Positions 32,620 to 42,564 of a DNA stretch of 64,000 nucleotides are shown piece by piece. Position 1 is the first letter of the stretch. Every line of letters begins with the position of its first letter. Position numbers and translations under genes: made by a program. The notes below the pieces were generated by a model, which was not told where the DNA came from, searched no databases, and saw only the letters and a program-made list of their open reading frames with translations. The DNA is from Burkholderiales bacterium (lineage in GTDB: Bacteria; Pseudomonadota; Gammaproteobacteria; Burkholderiales; SG8-39). Location of the stretch: positions 1,203-65,202 of the forward strand of contig JACZJV010000131.1 of the NCBI GenBank assembly GCA_014860355.1. Reading direction: 5' to 3'.

Positions 32620-33517
32620 GCTCGGCTTTCTGGACCTGGCCAGGTGGACCCCTGAACTCGCAATCGCCTTGCGCATCGTGCTGATCCTGGTGGCTGCCTG
32701 GATAGTGCTCGGCGTGACGCAGCACCTGATACGCAGCTTCCGCGAACGCATCACCAGGAGGATGGACGACCGCGAGCAGATAAAGCGCGCGGAGACGCTC
32801 GGACGCGTGTTCCGCTATATCGCCGCGGTGGTCGTCCTGGTAGTCGCCACAACGCTGATTCTGAGCGAACTGGGTATCGCCGTGGCCCCCATACTCGGCG
32901 CGGCCGGCGTGATCGGCCTGGCAGTTGGTTTCGGCGCGCAAAGCCTGGTGAAGGACTACTTTGCCGGCTTCTTCATCCTGCTGGAGAACCAGATGCGCCA
33001 GGGCGACGTCGTCGATATCGCGGGCAAGGCCGGCCTGGTCGAGGAGGTTACGCTGCGCTACGTGCGCCTGCGCGACTACGACGGCAATGTGCATATCGTA
33101 TCGAACGGATTGATCACCACCGTGACCAATATGAGCCGCGGCTATGCGCAGTCGGTGGTGGACGTGGGCGTCGCATACCGCGAGGATACGGACCACGCTC
33201 TCGACGTGATGCGCGAGACCGGCGCGCAAATGCGCGCCGACCAGGTCTTCGGTCCGAAGATCCTCGATGAAATGGAGATCGCCGGAGTCGACAAGTGGGA
33301 CAACTCGGCCGTCATATTGCGCTGCCGCTTCAAGGTGCAGCCGCTGGAGCAATGGAACGTGCGGCGCGAATTCCTGCGCCGCCTGAAGAAGGCGTTCGAC
33401 GCGCGCGGCATCGAGATCCCGTTCCCGCATCTCACGGTCTACGCGGGCGTGGCCAAGGACGGCAGCGCGCCCGCCTTCAGGGTGCAGGGCCCCGAGAGCG
33501 CGGGCGCGCGGAACTGA
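32600..33517 (+). CDS. Mechanosensitive ion channel, MscS family
   Basis: ATG 32600 follows AAGGAGAA and overlaps the malQ::treY 3' end by 20 nt. The MscS pore/beta-domain signature is present (GAAGVIGLAVGFGAQSLVKDYFAGFFILLENQMRQGDVV). Confidence 0.88.
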   Translation: MEQLLNRLGFLDLARWTPELAIALRIVLILVAAWIVLGVTQHLIRSFRERITRRMDDREQIKRAETLGRVFRYIAAVVVLVVATTLILSELGIAVAPILGAAGVIGLAVGFGAQSLVKDYFAGFFILLENQMRQGDVVDIAGKAGLVEEVTLRYVRLRDYDGNVHIVSNGLITTVTNMSRGYAQSVVDVGVAYREDTDHALDVMRETGAQMRADQVFGPKILDEMEIAGVDKWDNSAVILRCRFKVQPLEQWNVRREFLRRLKKAFDARGIEIPFPHLTVYAGVAKDGSAPAFRVQGPESAGARN

Positions 33518-33572
33518 AAGCCTCCATGCGAGCCCCCGCGTCCTCGTCCCGTTTCAGCGCGATCGCCCGCAT

Positions 33573-34790
33573 ATGACGCGCCCCGCTGCCCCTTTGGCTG
33601 CGGCAAGCGATGAACTGGTGGAGATCTGCCGGCGCAAATCGGTCGAGCTGCTGCTGACCAACCTCTCGCCGCAGGGGATACTTGCCGCGACGCCCGGCGC
33701 GCGCGCCGAGTCGCGCGGTTATGCGGCGATATTCGGCCGCGACGCCGCGGTGTGCGCAATCGGCATGGCGCTCTCGGGAGATGCGCGGCTCGCGCGCGAG
33801 GCCGCTACCGGCCTGCTCACGCTCGCCGGGCACCAGGCCGAGAACGGCCAGATCCCGAAATTCGTCGATGTGCGCGGGCAGGAGGCTGATTTCTGGTACC
33901 TCGGTTGCATCGACGCCACGCTCTGGTGGCTGATCGCGCTCGATTTTCTCGACCGGCGCGACCCGGCCGGCGCACTGCGCCAGCGGCTCGCGCCCGGCGT
34001 GGCGAAGGCCATCCAGTGGCTGCAGGCGCAGGAGCATCAGCGGTTTTTCCTGCTGCAGCAGAACGAGGCGAGCGACTGGGCCGACATCATGCCGCGTTCG
34101 GGCTTCGTGCTCTACACCAATGCGCTCTGGTACTGCGTCAAGCAGCGCTACGGACTTGCGCGCAGCGAGCAGACGCGCGCAAATTTCAACCAGCTGTTCC
34201 ATCCGTTCAGCGCCGACCTGGCCGAATACCGCCGCGCCCGGTTGTTGGCGCACTACGCCAAGCGCAATGCGAAAAATCGCGGCCTCTATCTCTCCTTCGT
34301 CAATTTTTCCTTCTACGGCGAGGAGGGCGATGTCTTCGGCAACCTGCTTGCGCTGTTGTGCGGGCTTGCCGACGGCGAGGCGGCGCGGCGCACCCTGCGC
34401 GCGCTGGATCGCGCGGGTGTTGCGCAAGCCTGGCCGGTGCGCGTGGTGTGCGAGCCGATACCGGCAGGGAGCTCGCTGTGGCGGGCGTACATGTCGCGCC
34501 ACCGGCAGAATCTGGAGTGGCAATACCACAACGGCGGCATCTGGCCCTTCGTCGGAGGATTCTGGGTGGCGGCACTGGTGCGCGCGGGTGCGCGCGACCG
34601 GGCGTATGCCGAGCTCGCCAGGCTCGCGGGCGCAAACGCGCTAGACGGCTGGGCCTTCAACGAGTGGCTGCACGGCAGGACGCTTGCGCCCGGCGGCATG
34701 CGCGGCCAGTCCTGGAATGCCGCCGCCTTCCTCATCGCCCTGGACGCGGTGCGCACGGGCGGGGCGGACTTCGCGCCGCCGCCCCGCTGA
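33573..34790 (+). CDS. (alpha/alpha)6-barrel glycoside hydrolase, GH100 (alkaline/neutral invertase)-like
   Basis: 405 aa. Motifs: YAAIFGRDAAV, QNEASDWADIMPRSGFVLYTNALWY, EWQYHNGGIWPFVGGFW, DGWAFNEWLHG...GQSWNAAAFL. These match the pattern I recall for GH100 / GDE_C-type enzymes. Confidence 0.7.
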   Translation: MTRPAAPLAAASDELVEICRRKSVELLLTNLSPQGILAATPGARAESRGYAAIFGRDAAVCAIGMALSGDARLAREAATGLLTLAGHQAENGQIPKFVDVRGQEADFWYLGCIDATLWWLIALDFLDRRDPAGALRQRLAPGVAKAIQWLQAQEHQRFFLLQQNEASDWADIMPRSGFVLYTNALWYCVKQRYGLARSEQTRANFNQLFHPFSADLAEYRRARLLAHYAKRNAKNRGLYLSFVNFSFYGEEGDVFGNLLALLCGLADGEAARRTLRALDRAGVAQAWPVRVVCEPIPAGSSLWRAYMSRHRQNLEWQYHNGGIWPFVGGFWVAALVRAGARDRAYAELARLAGANALDGWAFNEWLHGRTLAPGGMRGQSWNAAAFLIALDAVRTGGADFAPPPR

Positions 34791-34837
34791 ATCGCGCCGC
34801 GACGGTGCCAAGCGCGCCCCGTCCAGGGGTCTGCTTG

Positions 34838-34866
34838 TTGACAGGTCGGACCGCGGCCGGTAGCGT
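34838..34866 (+). promoter_or_regulatory. Candidate sigma-70 promoter upstream of the Rieske-like gene
   Basis: TTGACA (34838-43), a 17-nt spacer, then TAGCGT (34861-66), about 100 nt upstream of the GTG at 34969. Confidence 0.3.
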
Positions 34867-34968
34867 TGGCGGCAGCTGGAAAAGGGGGCGGCGCCGCGCT
34901 GGTGCGCGCTTTCGTGCCGGGGAAGCGGTTCGGCCGCCTGTCATGCATGCCTTGCGAGGCTCCGTATA

Positions 34969-35667
34969 GTGCGACGACGAATATTCCTGAAAACCTGTGC
35001 CGCGGCTACTTTGGCTTCGACGCGAGGATTCGCGGCGGCGGCCGATGCCAGTCCTCGTTTCTACTCGCGCGCGCGTCTGGAATGGGCGGGCGGCAAGCCG
35101 GTCAGCGCGGCGGTACTGCCGGCCGAGGTCAATTTCATATTCAATTATCCGTACGCGGCGACGCCGTGCTTTCTGTTGAATCTTGGACGCAGGCTGCAAG
35201 CGGGCGCGCCCCTGCGTACCGCCGACGCGCGCGCCTACAGCTGGCCGGGGGGCGTCGGCCCGGGACAAAACATCGTTGCCTACTCGGCGATCTGCGCGCA
35301 CAAGATGAGCTATCCCGCGCGCCAGATCAGCTTCATCAGCTACCGCAAGCAAGCCACGCAAACCGGCAAGCGCTCCAGCGTCATCCACTGCTGCTCCGAA
35401 CACAGCGAATACGATCCGGCGCGGGGCGCGGCGGTGATCGGCGGCCCGGCGCCGCAACCGCTTGCCGTGATCCTGCTCGAGTGCGACGAACGGACGGACG
35501 AGCTGTATGCAGTGGGAACGCTGGGCGGGGAGATGTTCGACAAGTTCTTCAGAGAGTTCGAGTTCCGGCTTTCCGTGGATTTCCTGGGCAAGGCGCATCA
35601 GCCCGCAGGTACGAGCTGCCGCGTGCTCGAGCTGTCGAAGTATTCCAGGCAGCAGATGCAGTGCTAG
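34969..35667 (+). CDS. Tat-signal Rieske-type [2Fe-2S]-like protein (orphan)
   Basis: GTG start. A twin-arginine signal is present (MRRRIFLKTCAAATLAS..AAA). Cluster-ligand pattern: IVAYSAICAHK (C-x-H) ... VIHCCSEHSEYD (C-x-x-H) ... GGPAPQPL. Confidence 0.6.
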   Translation: MRRRIFLKTCAAATLASTRGFAAAADASPRFYSRARLEWAGGKPVSAAVLPAEVNFIFNYPYAATPCFLLNLGRRLQAGAPLRTADARAYSWPGGVGPGQNIVAYSAICAHKMSYPARQISFISYRKQATQTGKRSSVIHCCSEHSEYDPARGAAVIGGPAPQPLAVILLECDERTDELYAVGTLGGEMFDKFFREFEFRLSVDFLGKAHQPAGTSCRVLELSKYSRQQMQC

Positions 35668-35704
35668 CGGGCGTCACGCCCAGACCGGCGCAATTGATGC
35701 CCGT

Positions 35705-36240
<536 letters not shown>

Positions 36241-36260
<20 letters not shown>

Positions 36261-36594
36261 AGTGTTCTGGAGCGACGAGGACGAAGGCTATATCGCCGTC
36301 GTGCCCGATCTCGCCGGTTGCAACGCCTGGGGCAAATCCGAAGTCGAGGCCATCCGCGAGTCGCACGACGCCATCGCCGCGTGGATCAGGGCCGCCAAGA
36401 GCATGAAGCGGGCGATTCCCGCGCCATCCAAGCCCGCGGATGAAATGGCTTATAGCGGCAAATTTCTCCTGCGCGTGCCCAAGCGACTGCATGCGGAGAT
36501 GGCGAAGGCGGCGAAAGCGCAGGGCGTGAGTCTCAACCAGTATGTGCTGTACCTGCTCACCGAGCGGCATGCACATAGCAAGCAGGCTGCCTAG
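36241..36594 (+). CDS. hicB: HicB-family antitoxin with C-terminal ribbon-helix-helix
   Basis: 117 aa. N-terminal HicB fold (YPIEVFWSDEDEGYIAVVPDLAGCNAWG) and RHH tail (GKFLLRVPKRLHAEMAKAAKAQGVSLNQYVLYLL). Confidence 0.85.
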
Positions 36595-36600
36595 CCTTCA

Positions 36601-37058
36601 ATGGCCGCCAGCGGGTACGACGCGGCCGATACCCGCGCGTAGCTGATCGATCCGGCGTTGCACGAGCGGAATTGGATCGAACTCGTAAAGGACGAACATC
36701 GCGCGACGCTCGGCGAAATCCACCGCGAGCAAAGCGCTGTCCGGATCGAAATACCAGAGGGCAAGCCGCTAAAACGCGGCCGTGGCCGGGTGGACTATCT
36801 GCTGCGACTATCCGGAGAACCACTTCAGCCATATCCTGATCGACGAGTGCCACCGTTTTGCCTGGGGCACCTGGTCGGAGGTGTTGACGCGCAACCCCGA
36901 CGACCTTTCAGGTCGGCCTCACCGCCACGCCGCGTGAACTCGGCGGCACGCACGAAGACAAGCAGATTTCCGCCGACAACGTCAGACACTTCGGTGAGGC
37001 GGTCTACGATTACTGGCGCGGATCTCCGGGCTATCCAGGTTTCGAGAATCTCACCTAA
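36601..37058 (+). pseudogene. Shattered remnant of a type I restriction enzyme R subunit (hsdR)
   Basis: N-terminus MAASGYDAADTRA*LIDPALHERNW has an in-frame TAG at 36640-42. The motif II piece ENHFSHILIDECHR lies in a second frame. The motif III piece VGLTATPRE lies in a third frame. Only ~0.45 kb of a normally ~3 kb gene remains. Confidence 0.7.
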
Positions 37059-37951
37059 ACCCAGTCCTTGGCGACCAGGAATTCGCTGTACAGCGCAGCC
37101 TCGGCGCTGCCCGGCTCGGGTTTCCAGTCGTAGCGCCATTTCACCAGCGGCGGCAGCGACATCAGGATCGCCTCGGTGCGTCCGCCCGACTGCAGGCCGA
37201 ACAGGGTGCCGCGGTCGTAGACCAGGTTGAATTCGACGTAGCGGCCGCGGCGATAGGCCTGGAAGTCGCGCTCGCGCTCGCCGTAGGCGCTGTCCCTGCG
37301 CCGCAGGATGATGGGCCGGTAGGCGTCGAGGAAAGTGTCGCCCACGCTGCGCGTCAGCGCGAAGCAGGCGTCGAAATCCGGCTGGTTGAGGTCGTCGAAA
37401 AAAATGCCGCCGACGCCGCGCGGTTCGTTGCGGTGCTTGAGGAAGAAGTAGCGGTCGCACCAGGCCTTGAATTGCGCGTGCCATTGCGCGCCGTAGGGAT
37501 CGAGCGCGCGCTTGCAGCTGCGATGAAAATGCACGGCATCCTCTGCGTATCCGTAATAGGGGGTCAAATCCATGCCGCCGCCGAACCACCATGCAGGCGC
37601 GGCGCCTTCCCTGGTCGCGACGAAAAAGCGCACGTTCATGTGCACGGTGGGGCAATAGGGGTTGCGCGGATGCAGCACCAGCGACACGCCCATTGCCTCC
37701 CACGCGCGCCCCGCAAGCTCCGGGCGCGAGGCCGTCGCCGAAGGCGGGAGACCAATGCCCTGTACGTGCGAGAAATTCACCCCGCCGCGCTCGAACAGCC
37801 CGCCTTCCTCGATGACGCGGCTGATGCCGCCCCCGCCCTGGGGGCGGTCCCAGCGGTCCTCGCGGAACGGCTTGCCGTCGAGGCTCTCCAGCGACGCGAC
37901 GATGCGCTGTTGCAGGACTAGCAGGTAATCTTTGACTGCTGACGGATTCAT
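37055..37951 (-). CDS. hemF: Oxygen-dependent coproporphyrinogen-III oxidase
   Basis: 298 aa, full-length HemF pattern ([68 protein letters not shown]). Confidence 0.93.
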   Translation of the reverse strand: MNPSAVKDYLLVLQQRIVASLESLDGKPFREDRWDRPQGGGGISRVIEEGGLFERGGVNFSHVQGIGLPPSATASRPELAGRAWEAMGVSLVLHPRNPYCPTVHMNVRFFVATREGAAPAWWFGGGMDLTPYYGYAEDAVHFHRSCKRALDPYGAQWHAQFKAWCDRYFFLKHRNEPRGVGGIFFDDLNQPDFDACFALTRSVGDTFLDAYRPIILRRRDSAYGERERDFQAYRRGRYVEFNLVYDRGTLFGLQSGGRTEAILMSLPPLVKWRYDWKPEPGSAEAALYSEFLVAKDWV

Positions 37952-38035
37952 GGTTTACCGGTTGGTGCGAAGAAACGCGGATTCTAGCAGCAGGGAACAA
38001 GATCCCGCCTTCCTTTGGAGCAGGGTTGCGAAGTT

Positions 38036-38111
38036 GCGCGGACGAGAATCCGTCCGCGCGGATCGCCGATGGTGCACGGATGAAAAGCACATCCGCGCAC
38101 CATCGGCGATC
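38036..38111. repeat. REP-like palindromic elements (two adjacent hairpins)
   Basis: GCGCGGACG-agaatc-CGTCCGCGC spans 38036-38059. A 22-bp stem follows, GATCGCCGATGGTGCaCGGATG / CATCCGcGCACCATCGGCGATC, with one mismatch and a 7-nt loop (38061-38111). Confidence 0.6.
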
Positions 38112-38157
38112 TTGTATTAAAACCCGACGCACTGCTTGGTGTTGCCAGGAATCGTGA

Positions 38158-38190
38158 TTTTCGTACGGATGTGCTTTTCATCCGTACGAA
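38158..38190. repeat. REP-like palindrome, inverted copy of the inner part of the 38061-38111 hairpin
   Basis: TTTCGTACGGATG-tgctttt-CATCCGTACGAAA is a perfect 13-bp stem. Its core CGGATGTGCTTTTCATCCG is the reverse complement of CGGATGAAAAGCACATCCG at 38077-38095. Confidence 0.6.
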
Positions 38191-38270
38191 AACCACGGTT
38201 GGCGCGCGCAGCGCGCAAGGTTCTCGTTCGAACTGGAATTGCGTCTGGATTGACTCGATGCGGGTGCGTT

Positions 38271-39554
38271 CTATTTGTTTGCTGGAATTGCGCGATGGCC
38301 GATGTCGCGGCGCAACTGCATGCCGTTGAACGCGATGGCGTCGGCCGCCTGATAGGCGCGACGCTGCGCCATCCTGACGCTGTCGCCCAGCGCCGTGACG
38401 CAGAGCACCCTGCCGCCGTTCACCACCACGTTGTCGCCTTCGAGGGCGGTGCCGGCGTGAAACACCATGCAGTCCCCGCTGCGTTCGGTGTGCCTGGGCA
38501 GCCCGCTGATGAGGGCGCCCTTTTTCGGCGTGTCCGGATAATTCTCGGCGGCGAGCACGACGCCCAGCGCGGTGCGCCGGTCCCACTCGATTTCGGCCTG
38601 GGCGAGCGTGCCGGCGCAGGCGCGTTCGAACAGCTCGAACAGATCCGATTTCAGCCGCAGCATGATGGGCTGGGTCTCCGGATCGCCCATGCGGCAGTTG
38701 AATTCCAGCGTCTTCGGTTTGCCCGCCGCGTCTATCATCAGGCCGGCGTACAGAAAGCCGCTGTAGGGGATGCCGTCGCTCGCCATGCCCTGAATGGCGG
38801 GCAGGATGATCTCGCGCATCACCTGTGCGTGCAGCCGCGGCGTCACCACCGGTGCAGGCGAGTAAGCGCCCATGCCCCCGGTGTTGGGACCGGCATCGCC
38901 GTCGCGCAGGCGCTTGTGGTCCTGGCTGGTGGCGAGCGCGAGCGCATGCCTGCCGTCGCTCATGACGATGAAGCTCGCTTCCTCGCCCGAGAGGTGCTCC
39001 TCGATCACCACGCGCGCGCCGGCATCGCCCATCTTGTTGTCCACCAGCATCAGGTCGACGGCCGCGTGCGCCTCCTCGGCCGTCATCGCCACGACTACGC
39101 CCTTGCCTGCGGCCAGGCCGTCGGCCTTGATCACGATGGGCGCGCCCTGCTGCTCCAGATAGGCATGCGCTGCGCGCGCGTCGCTGAAGGTGGCGAAAGC
39201 GGCGCTGGGAATGCGATGCCGCTGCATGAAGCGCTTGGCGAAATCCTTGGAGCTCTCCAGCTGCGCCGCGGCGCGGGTCGGCCCGAAGATCTTCAGGCCC
39301 CTGGCGCGGAACAGGTCGACCACGCCGGCGGCGAGCGGCGCCTCGGGTCCGACCACGGTGAGGTGGATCGAATTTTCCTCGGCGAATCCGGCCAGTTCCG
39401 CAATATCGGTGATGGGAACGTTCTCCACACCCGGTTCCAGCGCGGTGCCGGCGTTGCCCGGGGCAACGTAGACCTTCTGCAAGCGCGGGCTCTGCGCCAG
39501 TTTCCACGCCAGGGCGTGCTCGCGCCCGCCCGCTCCAATAACGAGCAGCTTCAC
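38271..39554 (-). CDS. purD: Phosphoribosylamine--glycine ligase
   Basis: 427 aa, MKLLVIGAGGREHALAWKLAQS..., with full-length PurD ATP-grasp motifs. Confidence 0.95.
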   Translation of the reverse strand: MKLLVIGAGGREHALAWKLAQSPRLQKVYVAPGNAGTALEPGVENVPITDIAELAGFAEENSIHLTVVGPEAPLAAGVVDLFRARGLKIFGPTRAAAQLESSKDFAKRFMQRHRIPSAAFATFSDARAAHAYLEQQGAPIVIKADGLAAGKGVVVAMTAEEAHAAVDLMLVDNKMGDAGARVVIEEHLSGEEASFIVMSDGRHALALATSQDHKRLRDGDAGPNTGGMGAYSPAPVVTPRLHAQVMREIILPAIQGMASDGIPYSGFLYAGLMIDAAGKPKTLEFNCRMGDPETQPIMLRLKSDLFELFERACAGTLAQAEIEWDRRTALGVVLAAENYPDTPKKGALISGLPRHTERSGDCMVFHAGTALEGDNVVVNGGRVLCVTALGDSVRMAQRRAYQAADAIAFNGMQLRRDIGHRAIPANK

Positions 39555-39557
39555 GTA

Positions 39558-41123
39558 CTAATGTCGGAAGTGGCGATGGCCGGTGTAGACCATGACCAGG
39601 CCGAGTTGGTCGGCGGCGGCGACGACTTCATCGTCGCGGATGCTGCCGCCGGGCTGGATGATGGCCTTGGCGCCGGCCGAGGCGACCACGTCGACGCCGT
39701 CACGGAAGGGGAAGAAAGCGTCCGAGGCAACGACCGAACCGGCGAGCGACAGGCCGGCGTTTTGCGCCTTGATTGCAGCGATGCGCGCGCTGTCCACGCG
39801 GCTCATCTGGCCAGCGCCTACGCCCAGCGTATGGCCGCTGCCGCAGAACACGATGGCGTTGGATTTGACGAATTTCGCCACGCGCCAGGCGAACAGGAGG
39901 TCGCGCAGTTCGGCCTCGGTGGGTTGTTTCCTGCTGACCACGCGCAGTTCGGCGGCCTGCACGTTCTTCGTGTCGGGGGTCTGTGCGAGCATTCCGCCGC
40001 CGACGCGCTTGAAGTCGTAGCGGTTGGCGCCCGCGGCCAGCGGCACTTCGAGCACGCGCACATTGGCCTTGGCCTCGAAGACCTTGCGCGCCTGCGCATC
40101 GTACGCCGGGGCGAGCACCACCTCGACGAACTGTTTGCTCAGGGCTTCGGCGGCGGGTGCATCGACCGGCCGGTTGAAGGCGATGATGCCGCCGAAGGCA
40201 GAAGTGGGATCGGTCTGAAATGCGCGCTGGTAGGCTTCGAGCACGGTATAGCCGATGGCTACGCCGCAGGGGTTGGCGTGTTTGACGATGACGCAGGCGG
40301 GTTCGGAAAACGTCTTCACGCATTCCCAGGCCGCGTCGGCATCGCCGACGTTGTTGTAGGAAAGTTCCTTGCCCTGCAGCTGGGTGTAGCAGGCGAGGCT
40401 GCCCGCGGCCGGTTGCATGTCGCGATAGAACGCCGCGCTCTGGTGCGGATTCTCGCCGTAGCGCATGTCCTGCACCCTGGCAAATTGCAGGGTCAGCCGC
40501 TCCGGGTAGTCCCCGCTCCTGTGCTCGGCATCGAGGCCGGTCAGATAATTGCTGATCGCGCCGTCGTAGGCGGCGGTATGGGTAAACACCTTCTTCGCCA
40601 GCGCAAAGCGCGTGGCGGCACTTACCCGGCCGGCATTGGCCCGCATTTCATCCAGCAGGGACGGGTAGTCGGCGGGATCGACCAGAACCGCGACGCCGGC
40701 ATGGTTCTTGGCCGCGGAGCGCAGCATGGTGGGGCCGCCGATGTCGATGTTCTCGATTGCGTCAGCCAGGGTGCAGCCGGGTTTGGCGATGGTTTCGTTG
40801 AAGGGGTAGAGATTGACCACCGCCAGGTCGATCGGCTCGATGCCGCCGTCTTTTATCGCGGCCATGTGCGCGGGCATGTCGCGCCGTGCGAGCAGCCCGC
40901 CGTGGATCATCGGGTGCAGGGTCTTCAGTCGCCCGTCGAGCATTTCCGGATAGCCGGTGTATTCGGCCACTTCGGTGACGGCGATCCCGTGCTGCGCCAG
41001 CAGCTTGGCCGTGCCGCCGGTGGACAGGATGGTGACCTGCATCTGCGCCAGCGCGCGCGCGAGCTCGACGACGCCGGTCTTGTCGGACACACTGATGAGG
41101 GCCTGCTTGACGAGGATGCTCAT
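39558..41123 (-). CDS. purH: Bifunctional AICAR transformylase / IMP cyclohydrolase
   Basis: 521 aa. [16 protein letters not shown]...GGTAKLL...TLHPMIHGG... with C-terminal ...YTGHRHFRH. Confidence 0.95.
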   Translation of the reverse strand: MSILVKQALISVSDKTGVVELARALAQMQVTILSTGGTAKLLAQHGIAVTEVAEYTGYPEMLDGRLKTLHPMIHGGLLARRDMPAHMAAIKDGGIEPIDLAVVNLYPFNETIAKPGCTLADAIENIDIGGPTMLRSAAKNHAGVAVLVDPADYPSLLDEMRANAGRVSAATRFALAKKVFTHTAAYDGAISNYLTGLDAEHRSGDYPERLTLQFARVQDMRYGENPHQSAAFYRDMQPAAGSLACYTQLQGKELSYNNVGDADAAWECVKTFSEPACVIVKHANPCGVAIGYTVLEAYQRAFQTDPTSAFGGIIAFNRPVDAPAAEALSKQFVEVVLAPAYDAQARKVFEAKANVRVLEVPLAAGANRYDFKRVGGGMLAQTPDTKNVQAAELRVVSRKQPTEAELRDLLFAWRVAKFVKSNAIVFCGSGHTLGVGAGQMSRVDSARIAAIKAQNAGLSLAGSVVASDAFFPFRDGVDVVASAGAKAIIQPGGSIRDDEVVAAADQLGLVMVYTGHRHFRH

Positions 41124-41213
41124 TTATAAGCCTGGGTTTTGAGTAATGGGTGAGGAGCGATGTGCGGCTGAAGCCTGCGCCCGGCTTTATCCTGCACCCG
41201 TCGCTCCCGGGGA

Positions 41214-41456
41214 TTACATCTTTATTTTCAGATGCTCTATCTTCTTGCGCAGCGTGTTGCGGTTGATGCCCAGCCACTTGGCGGCCACCGTCTGGTTGCC
41301 GTCGGCGTGACCCAGCACCACTTCGATCATGGGCTTCTCGACGTTCTTCAACACCATCTCGTGGACGGCGCGCGGCCGTTCCCCGTCCAGATCCTTGAAG
41401 TATTTCTCCAGGGCCCTGCGTACGCTTTCTGCGATTTCACTGGCGCGCGGTGTCAT
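41214..41456 (-). CDS. fis: DNA-binding protein Fis
   Basis: 80 aa with C-terminal HTH GNQTVAAKWLGINRNTLRKKI. It overlaps the dusB stop (ATGA), giving the classic dusB-fis operon. Confidence 0.9.
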   Translation of the reverse strand: MTPRASEIAESVRRALEKYFKDLDGERPRAVHEMVLKNVEKPMIEVVLGHADGNQTVAAKWLGINRNTLRKKIEHLKIKM

Positions 41457-42460
41457 GCTGCCAACTCCTCCTCATAGCGCAGATGCTCGTATTGCTGCGC
41501 TTGTTGATCGAAAAACCGGTTCACCGCGGCGAGTTGCTCTTCTACGCTTTGCAACTGATTCATTGCGTGGCGGAAACCGGCCGATCCGGCCAGTCCCTTG
41601 GTGTACCAGGAGATGTGCTTGCGCGCGATCTTGACGCCGGTATCGGTGCCGTAGAACGCGTACAGGTCGTACAGGTGCGCGATCAGCACCTGGTGGATTT
41701 CGGTGACCCGCGGCGGCGGCAGGTGCGCCCCGGTCTTCAGGTAGTACTCGATTTCGCGGAAGATCCACGGCCGCCCTTGCGCCGCGCGGCCGATCATGAT
41801 GCCGTCCGCCCTGGTGTAGTCGAGCACCTGCCTGGCTTTTTCCGGCGTGTTGATGTCGCCGTTGGCGACCACCGGCAGGCGGGTGGCGCTCTTTACTTCG
41901 GCGATGGTGTCGTACTCGGCATGACCGGTGTAGCCGCAGGCGCGCGTGCGCCCGTGGATCGAGAGCAACTGGATGCCGCTCTGCTCGGCGATGCGCGCTA
42001 CCGCCAGGGCGTTCCGGTTTTGCTGATCCCAGCCGGTGCGGAACTTGAGCGTCACCGGCACGTTCACGGCGCCGACCACGGCTTGGAGAATTCGCCCGAC
42101 CAGCAATTCGTCCTTCAGCAGCGCCGAACCGGCCATCACGTTGCAGATTTTTTTCGCCGGACAACCCATGTTGATATCGATGATCTGCGCGCCCTCGCCG
42201 ACGTTGTAGCTTGCGGCCTCGGCCATCATCTGCGGGTCGGCGCCGGCAATCTGCACGCAAATCGGGTCGGGTTCGCCTTCGTGATTGGCGCGCCGCCGTG
42301 TCTTTTCGCTGCCCCACAGCAGAGAATTGGAAGCCACCATCTCCGACACCGCCATGCCCGCGCCGAATTTCTTGCACAGCTGGCGGAAAGGGCGATCCGT
42401 GACCCCGGCCATCGGCGCAACAAACAGATTGTTGCGCAGCACATGAGGTCCAATTCTCAT
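41453..42460 (-). CDS. dusB: tRNA-dihydrouridine synthase B
   Basis: 335 aa. VAPMAGVTDRPFR, IDINMGCPAKK, SIHGRTR. Confidence 0.93.
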   Translation of the reverse strand: MRIGPHVLRNNLFVAPMAGVTDRPFRQLCKKFGAGMAVSEMVASNSLLWGSEKTRRRANHEGEPDPICVQIAGADPQMMAEAASYNVGEGAQIIDINMGCPAKKICNVMAGSALLKDELLVGRILQAVVGAVNVPVTLKFRTGWDQQNRNALAVARIAEQSGIQLLSIHGRTRACGYTGHAEYDTIAEVKSATRLPVVANGDINTPEKARQVLDYTRADGIMIGRAAQGRPWIFREIEYYLKTGAHLPPPRVTEIHQVLIAHLYDLYAFYGTDTGVKIARKHISWYTKGLAGSAGFRHAMNQLQSVEEQLAAVNRFFDQQAQQYEHLRYEEELAA

Positions 42461-42564
42461 TTCGTTCTGTCGATTCTATTGCGCGAGGGGAACCAATTCT
42501 ATACCCAATCGCCGGCGAATTAAAATCGAAAAAATTATGTCGCCAACACCATTTTTTGCTTGCG

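Noticed and set aside
36825-38132. 435-aa minus-strand ORF spanning hemF in another frame and running into the REP region.
   Set aside because: hemF in its own frame is full-length and conserved. This ORF is low-complexity and includes palindromic repeat DNA.
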